Below, piece by piece: positions 50,889 through 58,985 of a stretch of 64,000 bases of DNA. The position numbers were made by a program, and so were the translations under genes. The stretch is taken from contig CAWBQK010000015.1 in the NCBI GenBank assembly GCA_963791045.1, positions 192,001 through 256,000 on the forward strand. Direction: 5' to 3'. The notes under the pieces are model-generated. The model worked only from the letters and a program-made list of their open reading frames with translations, had not been told where the DNA came from and did not search any database. Every line of letters starts with the position of its first letter. Position 1 is the first letter of the stretch. The DNA is from Candidatus Latescibacterota bacterium. Lineage in GTDB: Bacteria > Krumholzibacteriota > Krumholzibacteriia > WVZY01.

Positions 50889-51413
50889 CTAGTGAATCCC
50901 CATGGGTTCTTCTTCTGGATCCACTCCCGCTTTACAACCTTCGATAATTTTCTCGACCTTTTTGATCGTCAAGTTTTCACAGTAGACATCGTTGACGCGC
51001 ATCACAGGCGCCGTCCCGCACGACCCGAGACACTCGACCAGCTCGAGGCTGAACAATCCGTCTTCGGTTACTTCGCCAGGGAAAATTTCGTATTCGTCGG
51101 CGAGGTGCGCGAGAATGTCTTCCGACCCGCAGAGCGTGCAGCTCAGATTGCGGCAGAGCTGGAGATGATACTTGCCCGGCGGTGTCGTCATGTACATCGT
51201 GTAGAATTCCGCAACCGAGAGAACGTGAACCGGGGATAACTCCAGTCTCCCGGCGATGTACTCCATAATCTCATCGGTGAGATACCCGTTCTGCGCCATC
51301 GCGATCCACAACGTCGGGAGAAGCGCCGCCATCTTCGTCGGGTACTTCTTTACCGTGTCCTGGAACTTTTTCTCGTTCTCGGTAGAGAATTCAAATGCTT
51401 TGATGTCTTCCAT
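50889..51413 (-). CDS. nuoE: NADH-quinone oxidoreductase subunit E
   Basis: CRNLSC...ECLGSC. Confidence 0.94.
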   Translation of the reverse strand: MEDIKAFEFSTENEKKFQDTVKKYPTKMAALLPTLWIAMAQNGYLTDEIMEYIAGRLELSPVHVLSVAEFYTMYMTTPPGKYHLQLCRNLSCTLCGSEDILAHLADEYEIFPGEVTEDGLFSLELVECLGSCGTAPVMRVNDVYCENLTIKKVEKIIEGCKAGVDPEEEPMGIH

Positions 51414-51493
51414 AATCAGCTGCTCTTAGAGTTATACCGTTTTTTGAGAACCTGTTTTGACTGTCCTATTTACGTACAGAGTCGTCTCTCCGG

Positions 51494-52759
51494 CTAACGG
51501 TCGAGTTCACCGGCGATGATATTCAACCCCGCAAGGATTGCCACGATATCCGCAACCATGTGCCCTTCGATGAGGCGTTTGAGGCCATTCATCAGATAAA
51601 AACACGGCGGACGAAGCTTGATCCTATACGGGTTGCCGCTGCCGTCACTTATGATATAAAAACCCAGCTCGCCGTTTGGCGATTCGATCGCGTCATAGAT
51701 CTCACCGGCCGGCGGCTGTATACCCTCAATGACCAATTTGAAATGATTGATTAAAGATTCCATTTTATTGTGAACATCGGCCTTCGGCGGAAGCATTATG
51801 TTCTTGTCTTCAATATTAATAGGGCCGTCGGGAAGTATTTTGAGAGCCTGTTCGATGATTCTCAGACTCTGCTTCATCTCTTCGATACGCACAAAAATCC
51901 TGTCGTGCACATCGCCACGCTCACCCAGCGGTACTTCGAAATCCAAATTGTCGTATTGATAGTAAGGAGTCTTTTTGCGGAGATCGTGGTTTACACCGCT
52001 CGCGCGGAGACACGGCCCGGTGAAGCCGTAGCTGATCGCTTCTTCGGGAGGCATCACACCGACGTCTCTCGCCCTGTCGATAAAAATCCGATTCTTCTTG
52101 ATGAGCCCCTCGACGTCGGCAATCGCTTTTGGCACCTCTTTGAGAGTCGCTTTGACTTTGTCCATGAATCCGGCGGGAAGATCCCACGCGAGGCCGCCGA
52201 TGCGAATATACGAGTAGGTAAGGCGAGCGCCGGTAAGTGCCTCGAGAATGTCGTTGAGTCTCTCTCGGCAGTTGAAGAAGTACCAGAAGTTCGTGAGCGC
52301 GCCGAGGTCGACGAGGTTTGCGCCGACGCAGATCATGTGGTCCATGATCCGCTGGATTTCCATGATGATCACGCGAATGATCTCGGTACGAGGCGTAATC
52401 GTCACGCCGAGCATCCGTTCCATCGCTTTGCAGTAACCGACGTTGTTCACCAACCCACTGCAATAATTAAGACGGTCGGTGTACGGGATCACTTGCGAGT
52501 AATTCTTAATTTCTACGATTTTCTCGAAACCGCGATGGAGATAACCGACCTCGACCGCCGCACGGCCGACCTTTTCCCCGTCGAGCTTGCAGAACACCCT
52601 GAAGGTGCCGTGCGTAGCCGGGTGCGTCGGACCGATGTTTATGAGCATCGGCTCCGTATCGAGATCGTCGAGCGTCAACTCGTCCGGGATATCCATCCCG
52701 GTCGTAAGCGAAGGCTCGTCGGCCGAAGGCGTGGTTTTGTCGAGTTCTTTCGGATCCAT
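51494..52759 (-). CDS. nuoD: NADH-quinone oxidoreductase subunit D
   Basis: GPTHPATHG, GYLHRGFEK, DRLNY, ESPNGELG, GELDR. Confidence 0.96.
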   Translation of the reverse strand: MDPKELDKTTPSADEPSLTTGMDIPDELTLDDLDTEPMLINIGPTHPATHGTFRVFCKLDGEKVGRAAVEVGYLHRGFEKIVEIKNYSQVIPYTDRLNYCSGLVNNVGYCKAMERMLGVTITPRTEIIRVIIMEIQRIMDHMICVGANLVDLGALTNFWYFFNCRERLNDILEALTGARLTYSYIRIGGLAWDLPAGFMDKVKATLKEVPKAIADVEGLIKKNRIFIDRARDVGVMPPEEAISYGFTGPCLRASGVNHDLRKKTPYYQYDNLDFEVPLGERGDVHDRIFVRIEEMKQSLRIIEQALKILPDGPINIEDKNIMLPPKADVHNKMESLINHFKLVIEGIQPPAGEIYDAIESPNGELGFYIISDGSGNPYRIKLRPPCFYLMNGLKRLIEGHMVADIVAILAGLNIIAGELDR

Positions 52760-52838
52760 TTTTCTTTTGTGTTCTCTTATGCTCAAAAACCGTTCAATTA
52801 TCTTCTATCTGACTAATCTAACATCGTGATCTCGCTGG

Positions 52839-53345
52839 CTATTCCCTCTCGAGATCGGGAGTGAGATCACTGAAACCAGTCGCCCACTGGCCTTTCATAA
52901 CCGGATAGTCCTTGCGAAGCGCATGACCGACAAACTCGCGGTGGCAAAGAATCCTCGCGAGGTTCGGGTGACCCTCGAAATTGAATCCAAACATGTCGAA
53001 TGCCTCACGCTCGCCCCAGTTCGCCGACTGCCAGAGATCCGTTACCGTCTGAATATTCATATCGTCCTCGGGGACAAATACCCGGACACGGATACGGATG
53101 TCGTCGCTTATCGCGTACAAGATATACACAACTTCAAATCGTTCTTTGCGGTCGAGGTGCAAACCATCCACGCCGGCGATATCGAGGAGCATATCGAACC
53201 CCTCCTGCCGGAGAAATGACAACACATCGTGCGTCCGTTCACGCGCCACAGTCAATACAACGTCGTCGTATGGACGTTCGATCTCTTCGACGGCGTCCGT
53301 GAAGTTCTGTTTGACTGCTTCTACTATGTTATTCAGTTTTTCCAT
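52839..53345 (-). CDS. nuoC: NADH-quinone oxidoreductase subunit C
   Basis: ANWGEREAFDMFG..F.GHPNL.RIL, GHALRKDYP. Confidence 0.94.
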   Translation of the reverse strand: MEKLNNIVEAVKQNFTDAVEEIERPYDDVVLTVARERTHDVLSFLRQEGFDMLLDIAGVDGLHLDRKERFEVVYILYAISDDIRIRVRVFVPEDDMNIQTVTDLWQSANWGEREAFDMFGFNFEGHPNLARILCHREFVGHALRKDYPVMKGQWATGFSDLTPDLERE

Positions 53346-53856
53346 GTTCTCTTCTAATCCAACGCGCACCCATCTGCGGTTCTGTATCGATCTTTTCCTG
53401 GAGCTTGATCAGCGCATCTATAACGGCGTCGGGACGCGGCGGACAACCAGGGATAAATACATCCACCGGGATGATCTGATCGATTCCCTGGATCGTCGCG
53501 TAGTTGTCGTAGAAACCACCCGAACACGCACAGGCACCCATCGATATGACGTACTTCGGCTCACACAGCTGATCGTAAATTCGCTTCAGAACGGGGCCAA
53601 TTTTGTAGTTGATCGTGCCGGCGACGAGAACCAGGTCGGATTGGCGCGGTGAAAACCGCACAATCTCGGCGCCAAAACGCGAGAGGTCGAAGGGGCTCGA
53701 TACGGAACCCATAAATTCGATTCCGCAGCACGCAGTAGCAAACGGCAGCGGCCAGAGCGAACTTCTTCTCCCCCAGCGGAGAAGTTCATCGATACGTGTC
53801 GTGATAATTCCGGTTTCGTGCTTTGTAAGAGGAGTTCCTTTTTCGTCTATTCCCAT
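53329..53856 (-). CDS. nuoB: NADH-quinone oxidoreductase subunit B
   Basis: TACCGIE, SPRQSD, MGAC, PGCPPRP. Confidence 0.96.
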   Translation of the reverse strand: MGIDEKGTPLTKHETGIITTRIDELLRWGRRSSLWPLPFATACCGIEFMGSVSSPFDLSRFGAEIVRFSPRQSDLVLVAGTINYKIGPVLKRIYDQLCEPKYVISMGACACSGGFYDNYATIQGIDQIIPVDVFIPGCPPRPDAVIDALIKLQEKIDTEPQMGARWIRREHGKTE

Positions 53857-54209
53857 TCCAGAGCTCCTTTCTTCCATACGTAGAAAAGACCGAGCAGCAG
53901 GATAATGAGAAATACAGCCATTTCGATAAAACCGAACAATCCCAACCGGCGGGACAAAACCGCCCACGGGAAAACAAACACGGTTTCAACATCGAACATG
54001 AGAAAAAGGAGGGCGACGAGAAAGAACTTCACTGAAAAACGGCTGCGCGCGTCACCGACCGGGTCGACGCCACTTTCAACCACGGTGTGCTTTTGCGGAG
54101 CCGGTCGTTTCGGACCGGCCTTGGAAGCAATTGCCACCAGGGCCGCCGGTATCGCAACGGCAAGCACGAGCAGAATGACCAGAGATGAGTACTTCAGACC
54201 GAGTGGCAT
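53847..54209 (-). CDS. nuoA: NADH-quinone oxidoreductase subunit A
   Basis: ESG, FLMFDVE, FPWA, WKKGALEW. Confidence 0.95.
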   Translation of the reverse strand: MPLGLKYSSLVILLVLAVAIPAALVAIASKAGPKRPAPQKHTVVESGVDPVGDARSRFSVKFFLVALLFLMFDVETVFVFPWAVLSRRLGLFGFIEMAVFLIILLLGLFYVWKKGALEWE

Positions 54210-54305
54210 TTATCTGTAGCTTTTTTTGTTTAAAGGGTTTTTGAATTACTTGATTGAGAGAACGCGGGATGCGATCGCGTTCGGGTACACTTGTCGAGGC
54301 AGGAT

Positions 54306-54363
54306 TTGTGTATCCTTTCACAATAAGTTTATTCAAGGTAGGTGCAAACTTGATTATTGTCAA
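54306..54363 (-). promoter_or_regulatory. nuo promoter with downstream Rex-like operator
   Basis: TTGACA-N17-TACCTT on the minus strand from 54363; TTGTGTA-TCCT-TTCACAA 54306-54323. Confidence 0.7.
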
Positions 54364-54672
54364 GGTTTTTTGAAATCCGCCTCCCGGCCGAAATCTGCAT
54401 CCTGAAGCGAGTTAGGCCGCCTTACTCCTGAAATTGACCGGGCGGCGCCTTCCGTGTCTTTTCGACACTTTTGGCGGTTCGATTACTCGTGATTCGTGAC
54501 CATCGGCCAACCACCACGCTCAACCCCGCGTGCGGGGATGAGTGATCTTTCGGCGTGTCGCGGGGGGCGGACCCGTGGTAGAATTCTCTTCGGCCGCAAC
54601 GAGCGCCCTCGACCCCGGCCGTCGATTTTGCCAGTCGCGCGCACGTGCCCGCAACCACACGAACGGAATCTT

Positions 54673-55356
54673 ATGGCGTATCCAAAAAAGCTTGGCGTGT
54701 TCGTCAAGGTGCCCGTGCCCGGCGAGGTCAAAACGCGTCTCGTCCCACCCCTGACACCCGAAGGGGCGTGCGAGCTCTACCGGGCTTTCATAATGGATCT
54801 CTTCGTGAGGCTTGCGAAAACAAAAAAGGTCTCAGGAACGGTATTCTATGCCGGATCCGGGCCCGAAATTCTCAAGAGAATCATCCCCAGCCGCTTTGAA
54901 CTTGCTCCACAACAAGGAGATACTCTCGGTGAGCGGATGGAAAACGCCTTTCGCGTGCTTCTCGCGGATGGAGCCAGCCAGGCCTGCATCATCGGCTCAG
55001 ACAGCCCCGACATCCCCCTCAACTACATCAAACGCGCGTATCTTAAACTAAAACATAAGGATGTAGTATTTGGGCCGGCGTGCGACGGCGGTTACTATCT
55101 CATCGCCCTCAATCGAGTTATACCGCAACTATTTCATAATATCGAATGGAGTAGCGGCAACGTGCTTGCCTCATCCCTACAACGCGTTGACACACAAGCA
55201 CTTACTTGCTCGATGCTTCCGGTCTGGTATGACGTCGATGATGCTCACACACTCGCTCTGTTCCGAACCGCTCTTCTGGCCAAAAGGATTGAGCGGAGCG
55301 ATCGGCTCCTCAATTGCGAACGCGTCATCAAAAAAATCGATGGCGGACTCCTTTAG
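54673..55356 (+). CDS. DUF2064 / TIGR04282-like (CofC-like fold) transferase
   Basis: KVPVPGEVKTRL, QQGDTLGERM, IIGSDSP, GPACDGGYYL, YDVDD. Confidence 0.85.
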   Translation: MAYPKKLGVFVKVPVPGEVKTRLVPPLTPEGACELYRAFIMDLFVRLAKTKKVSGTVFYAGSGPEILKRIIPSRFELAPQQGDTLGERMENAFRVLLADGASQACIIGSDSPDIPLNYIKRAYLKLKHKDVVFGPACDGGYYLIALNRVIPQLFHNIEWSSGNVLASSLQRVDTQALTCSMLPVWYDVDDAHTLALFRTALLAKRIERSDRLLNCERVIKKIDGGLL

Positions 55357-55364
55357 CGCGCAAA

Positions 55365-56423
55365 ATGAACTACCCCGTACGAACTCTTATAATAGAAGAC
55401 GGGCGCGGAGGCGCGGGCGGCGACGATCGCCACGACCTGGATACAATGGTACGCCGCTTTAAGGAGCATTTCCCCAGCCTCAACATCATCGGCGACACGG
55501 ACGACGCCGGCAGTGGGGATGAAAACCACGGCGACAGTCGACCGGAGACCAGGACTGGTGTGAGACTCCTGCGCCACCCCGGCTCATTCATAAAAGAATT
55601 TCCCAACCACTCCTGGTATGGAAATAGGGGTTGCGACTACAGTCTCATCCTCGGTTACAACTGTTTTTGCTCGTGCACCTATTGTTTTATCCAGACGATT
55701 TTTGACGATCGTACGCCGACGCTTTATGTCAACACGCCCTCCCTCGTCTCCGAACTGAGCGCGTTTCTCGAGGATAATCCCGAGGCATGGGTTTCCACAG
55801 GAGAGTATCTCGACAGTTTTCAACTCGATGATATAACCCGAACCAATGAACTTCTCATTGATGTTTTTCGGCACCATCCCAAAAGCACACTCGAACTCAG
55901 AACAAAAATCGATAATGTCGCGCATCTCCCCGACGATCCACCCGGAAACATTCTTGTGACTTATTCGATAAATCCTCCTGAGGTTATCAAGCGCGTGGAG
56001 CCCGGAACGGCATCCTTCGAGAGACGGCTCGAAATGGCCGGCGTTCTTTTCTCAAAAGGGTATCGGGTGGCGTTGAGGATCGACCCCATCATACCCACGA
56101 AATCATTCGCGTCTTCGTACAAGGAGTTGCCCGTCCTCATTCAAAATCAATTGGGTTGGGAAAAGGTCGATACGGTTTTTGTTGGCGTGTTGCGATTCGA
56201 CGAGGCGCTTCTCACACGCATGTCGACAATGCCGCACGCACCGCTCTTGCTGGATGCGGAGTATGTTCGCTGCCCCGACGGCAACTTCCGGCCGCCCAAA
56301 CATGAACGGATCGCCCTTTACCGTTCTCTTTCCAAAGCGATTCGCACACACGCTCCGCAGTTACCAATCTCGATCACAATGGAACCCGTCTACGTCCGCC
56401 GAACCGTCCTTGGCGATCTTTAA
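55365..56423 (+). CDS. Spore photoproduct lyase-like radical SAM protein
   Basis: CFCSCTYC (CxxxCxxC), TGEYLDS, LELRTK, EPGTAS...RL, RIDPII. Confidence 0.75.
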   Translation: MNYPVRTLIIEDGRGGAGGDDRHDLDTMVRRFKEHFPSLNIIGDTDDAGSGDENHGDSRPETRTGVRLLRHPGSFIKEFPNHSWYGNRGCDYSLILGYNCFCSCTYCFIQTIFDDRTPTLYVNTPSLVSELSAFLEDNPEAWVSTGEYLDSFQLDDITRTNELLIDVFRHHPKSTLELRTKIDNVAHLPDDPPGNILVTYSINPPEVIKRVEPGTASFERRLEMAGVLFSKGYRVALRIDPIIPTKSFASSYKELPVLIQNQLGWEKVDTVFVGVLRFDEALLTRMSTMPHAPLLLDAEYVRCPDGNFRPPKHERIALYRSLSKAIRTHAPQLPISITMEPVYVRRTVLGDL

Positions 56424-56460
56424 AAATCACCGAACCACGCGCCCCCCGTCTACTGCCTTC

Positions 56461-57078
56461 TCACCACGCCGCGCCGTCAAGATGACTGATGTCATTCAGC
56501 ACATCTATGCGTGGCTCGTTCAAAGGAAAGATCAATCTTGTAATAGAAGCATTTCGGATTTTAAAACGCCACAAGTCGTCGAGTTTCAAACCAAGAAGGG
56601 CGGTCAGATAACTGCATATCACTCCGCCGTGCGCGAACACAACGATAGAAGAATCTTCGCCGTTCGTGTCGAGAATTTGTGTAATCTCTCTCGTCACACG
56701 CCGCCTAAACGACCGCAGTGATTCCGCTCCCTTGATTGTGACCTGCGAGGGTTTGCGAAACCAAAGTTCCGTGTCCCGCGGAAATTGCTTTTTCAAATCG
56801 GAAACAAGAACACCCTCCCACACACCAAGGTTTATTTCCCGCAGCGCCCCGCGCGGCTCCACCTCAATACGGTGTCCAACTGCGATTCGGCCGGTTTCCA
56901 CGGCGCGGGTCGCGGTACTCGTGTACACGGCGTCAAATTTCTCCCCCGCCAGCCGATCCCGGAGATGCCCCGCCTGCAGGCGGCCGAGATCACTGAGATC
57001 ACAGTCCATATCCCCCTGGATCCGCCCTTCCCTGTTCCAATCGGTCTCGCCGTGGCGTATCAAAGTCAACGTTCGCAT
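56461..57078 (-). CDS. Histidine phosphatase (PGM/CobC/PspA-like)
   Basis: LIRHGETDWN, RAVET, LREINLGVWEG, AHGG. Confidence 0.9.
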   Translation of the reverse strand: MRTLTLIRHGETDWNREGRIQGDMDCDLSDLGRLQAGHLRDRLAGEKFDAVYTSTATRAVETGRIAVGHRIEVEPRGALREINLGVWEGVLVSDLKKQFPRDTELWFRKPSQVTIKGAESLRSFRRRVTREITQILDTNGEDSSIVVFAHGGVICSYLTALLGLKLDDLWRFKIRNASITRLIFPLNEPRIDVLNDISHLDGAAW

Positions 57079-57466
57079 TACCCGACCCCTCGCATAGCGG
57101 CCACGACGATCCCGCCGCAGCGCGTCAAAATCAACTTCCGTATAATCGGCCGTTCGCGAAATCACAACGCCTCAACGATCACCTCGCCGGTCGTACAAAC
57201 TGGCCCTTCTGCGCCCGGCCATGGTTCGGCGCGATACGAAACGATAATACGAAGTCGCCCAAAAACCAAGCCCGACGGCACTCCCGCGCCGCGGCGGAGT
57301 TCGGCAACCCAAAGTAACATAAGCGATTCCACCGGCATGCCCCTTGACAACCGCCCCCTATTCGTGGCAAGGTTAGCAAAGAACCGATAATCCAACGAAT
57401 CCACACAGCCACGCAGATCGGCACACTGTCCAGCCGTTACATAACTCAGACCGGAGATGTTGATCG

Positions 57467-58975
57467 ATGAGTCGACTTAGATTGCCGAGACTCGCTTATA
57501 ACAAATTGAGTTTCGCCGGCGCCATTATCGCCGTTATCACGGCCATTCTCATTATACTATTGCTGGCCCTCGAATCCGTCGAAGGTGGCTCGAATCCTTA
57601 CGTCGGCATTTTCGTGTTCATGGTTCTCCCGCCGGTCCTCGTCTTCGGCCTGGTGTTGATACCGTTCGGGATGTGGCGTCAGAAAAAGCGAATTCAAAAA
57701 TACGGCAATGACATCGTCCCGCAATGGCCCCGCATCGATCTCAACCTGCGTCCCCACCGAAATGCTTTCTTTGTTTTCCTTTTTGGGACGCTCTTTTTTG
57801 CCTTGATAAGCATCGTTGGAGGATATCACGCGTTCCATTTCACGGAATCGGTCACGTTCTGCGGTACAACCTGCCACGTAGTCATGAAGCCGGAACACAC
57901 CGCTTACCAGAACTCTCCGCACGCCCGCGTGCTCTGCACGGAGTGCCACGTGGGATCCGGCGCGAACTGGTACGTCAAATCGAAAATGTCGGGACTCTAC
58001 CAGGTTTACGCGACTCTCAGGAATATTTATCCGACACCGATTCCAACACCGATCGAAAGTCTACGCCCCGCCGCACAAACATGCGAGCAGTGCCATTGGC
58101 CCGAAAAATTCTTCGGCACGCAGCAGCGCCGCTTCGATCACTTTATGTACGACGAAGGAAACACGCACTGGCCGATCAGTATGCTGGTGAAGACAGGCGG
58201 CGGTGATCCGAGAATCACACAGACCGCGGGAATTCACTGGCACATGAACATTTCGGTGAAAATGGAATACATCGCGCGCGATGAACGGCGGAACGATATC
58301 CCCTGGATTCGTGTCACGGACAGGGACGGGCGTGAAACGATCTATCAGGACGAGGGCTCGCCGCTTACCGAAGAGGAGATCCGATCCGCTTCAGTCCGCA
58401 GGATGGATTGCATCGACTGCCACAATCGCCCCAGCCACAAATATAACTCTCCCGACCACCTGGTCGACCTGGCGCTGCTTACCCGGCAGATTGAACCCGA
58501 GATTCCGGGAATCAAAGCGGTCGCCGTCGACGCGATGAACACCGAATATGAAACCGAACCCGAGGCCCTCGACGGTATTGCCGCGCAGATGCTCAACCAC
58601 TACGCCGAGAATGAACCTGAGTATCTCGAAGCAAACGGTCCCGCGATCGAACGGGCGATTGCGGCAACTCAACGCGCGTTCTCACAAAACATGTTTCCCG
58701 AGATGAAGGTACGATGGGACCGCTATCCGGATAACCTCGGTCATTTTATATACCCCGGCTGTATGCGCTGCCACGACGGCGAGCACGTGAATGATTCCGG
58801 AGACATGATTTCCCGCGATTGCAGGAGCTGCCATAACATCATTCTCCAGGGCACAGGCGACCGGGCGGAAATGGCGACGACTGCTGATGGACTTGATTTC
58901 GTCCACCCCGAAGATATCGGGGAGGCGTGGATGGAAATGGAATGTTTCGAGTGCCACTCTGGCACGCAACCATAG
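57467..58975 (+). CDS. ImcH-like inner-membrane multiheme cytochrome (NapC/NirT domain), 7 heme motifs
   Basis: 3 TM helices; CGTTCH plus CTECH, CEQCH, CIDCH, CMRCH, CRSCH, CFECH. Confidence 0.85.
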   Translation: MSRLRLPRLAYNKLSFAGAIIAVITAILIILLLALESVEGGSNPYVGIFVFMVLPPVLVFGLVLIPFGMWRQKKRIQKYGNDIVPQWPRIDLNLRPHRNAFFVFLFGTLFFALISIVGGYHAFHFTESVTFCGTTCHVVMKPEHTAYQNSPHARVLCTECHVGSGANWYVKSKMSGLYQVYATLRNIYPTPIPTPIESLRPAAQTCEQCHWPEKFFGTQQRRFDHFMYDEGNTHWPISMLVKTGGGDPRITQTAGIHWHMNISVKMEYIARDERRNDIPWIRVTDRDGRETIYQDEGSPLTEEEIRSASVRRMDCIDCHNRPSHKYNSPDHLVDLALLTRQIEPEIPGIKAVAVDAMNTEYETEPEALDGIAAQMLNHYAENEPEYLEANGPAIERAIAATQRAFSQNMFPEMKVRWDRYPDNLGHFIYPGCMRCHDGEHVNDSGDMISRDCRSCHNIILQGTGDRAEMATTADGLDFVHPEDIGEAWMEMECFECHSGTQP

Positions 58976-58985
58976 GGTGATAGTC

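Noticed and set aside
54519-54542. Hairpin resembling a type I-E CRISPR repeat (CCCCGCGTGCGGGGATGA)
   Set aside because: Single copy, with no spacers and no cas genes
57162-57424. Short minus-strand ORFs or an RNA upstream of the phosphatase gene
   Set aside because: No recognisable motif, RBS or convincing fold
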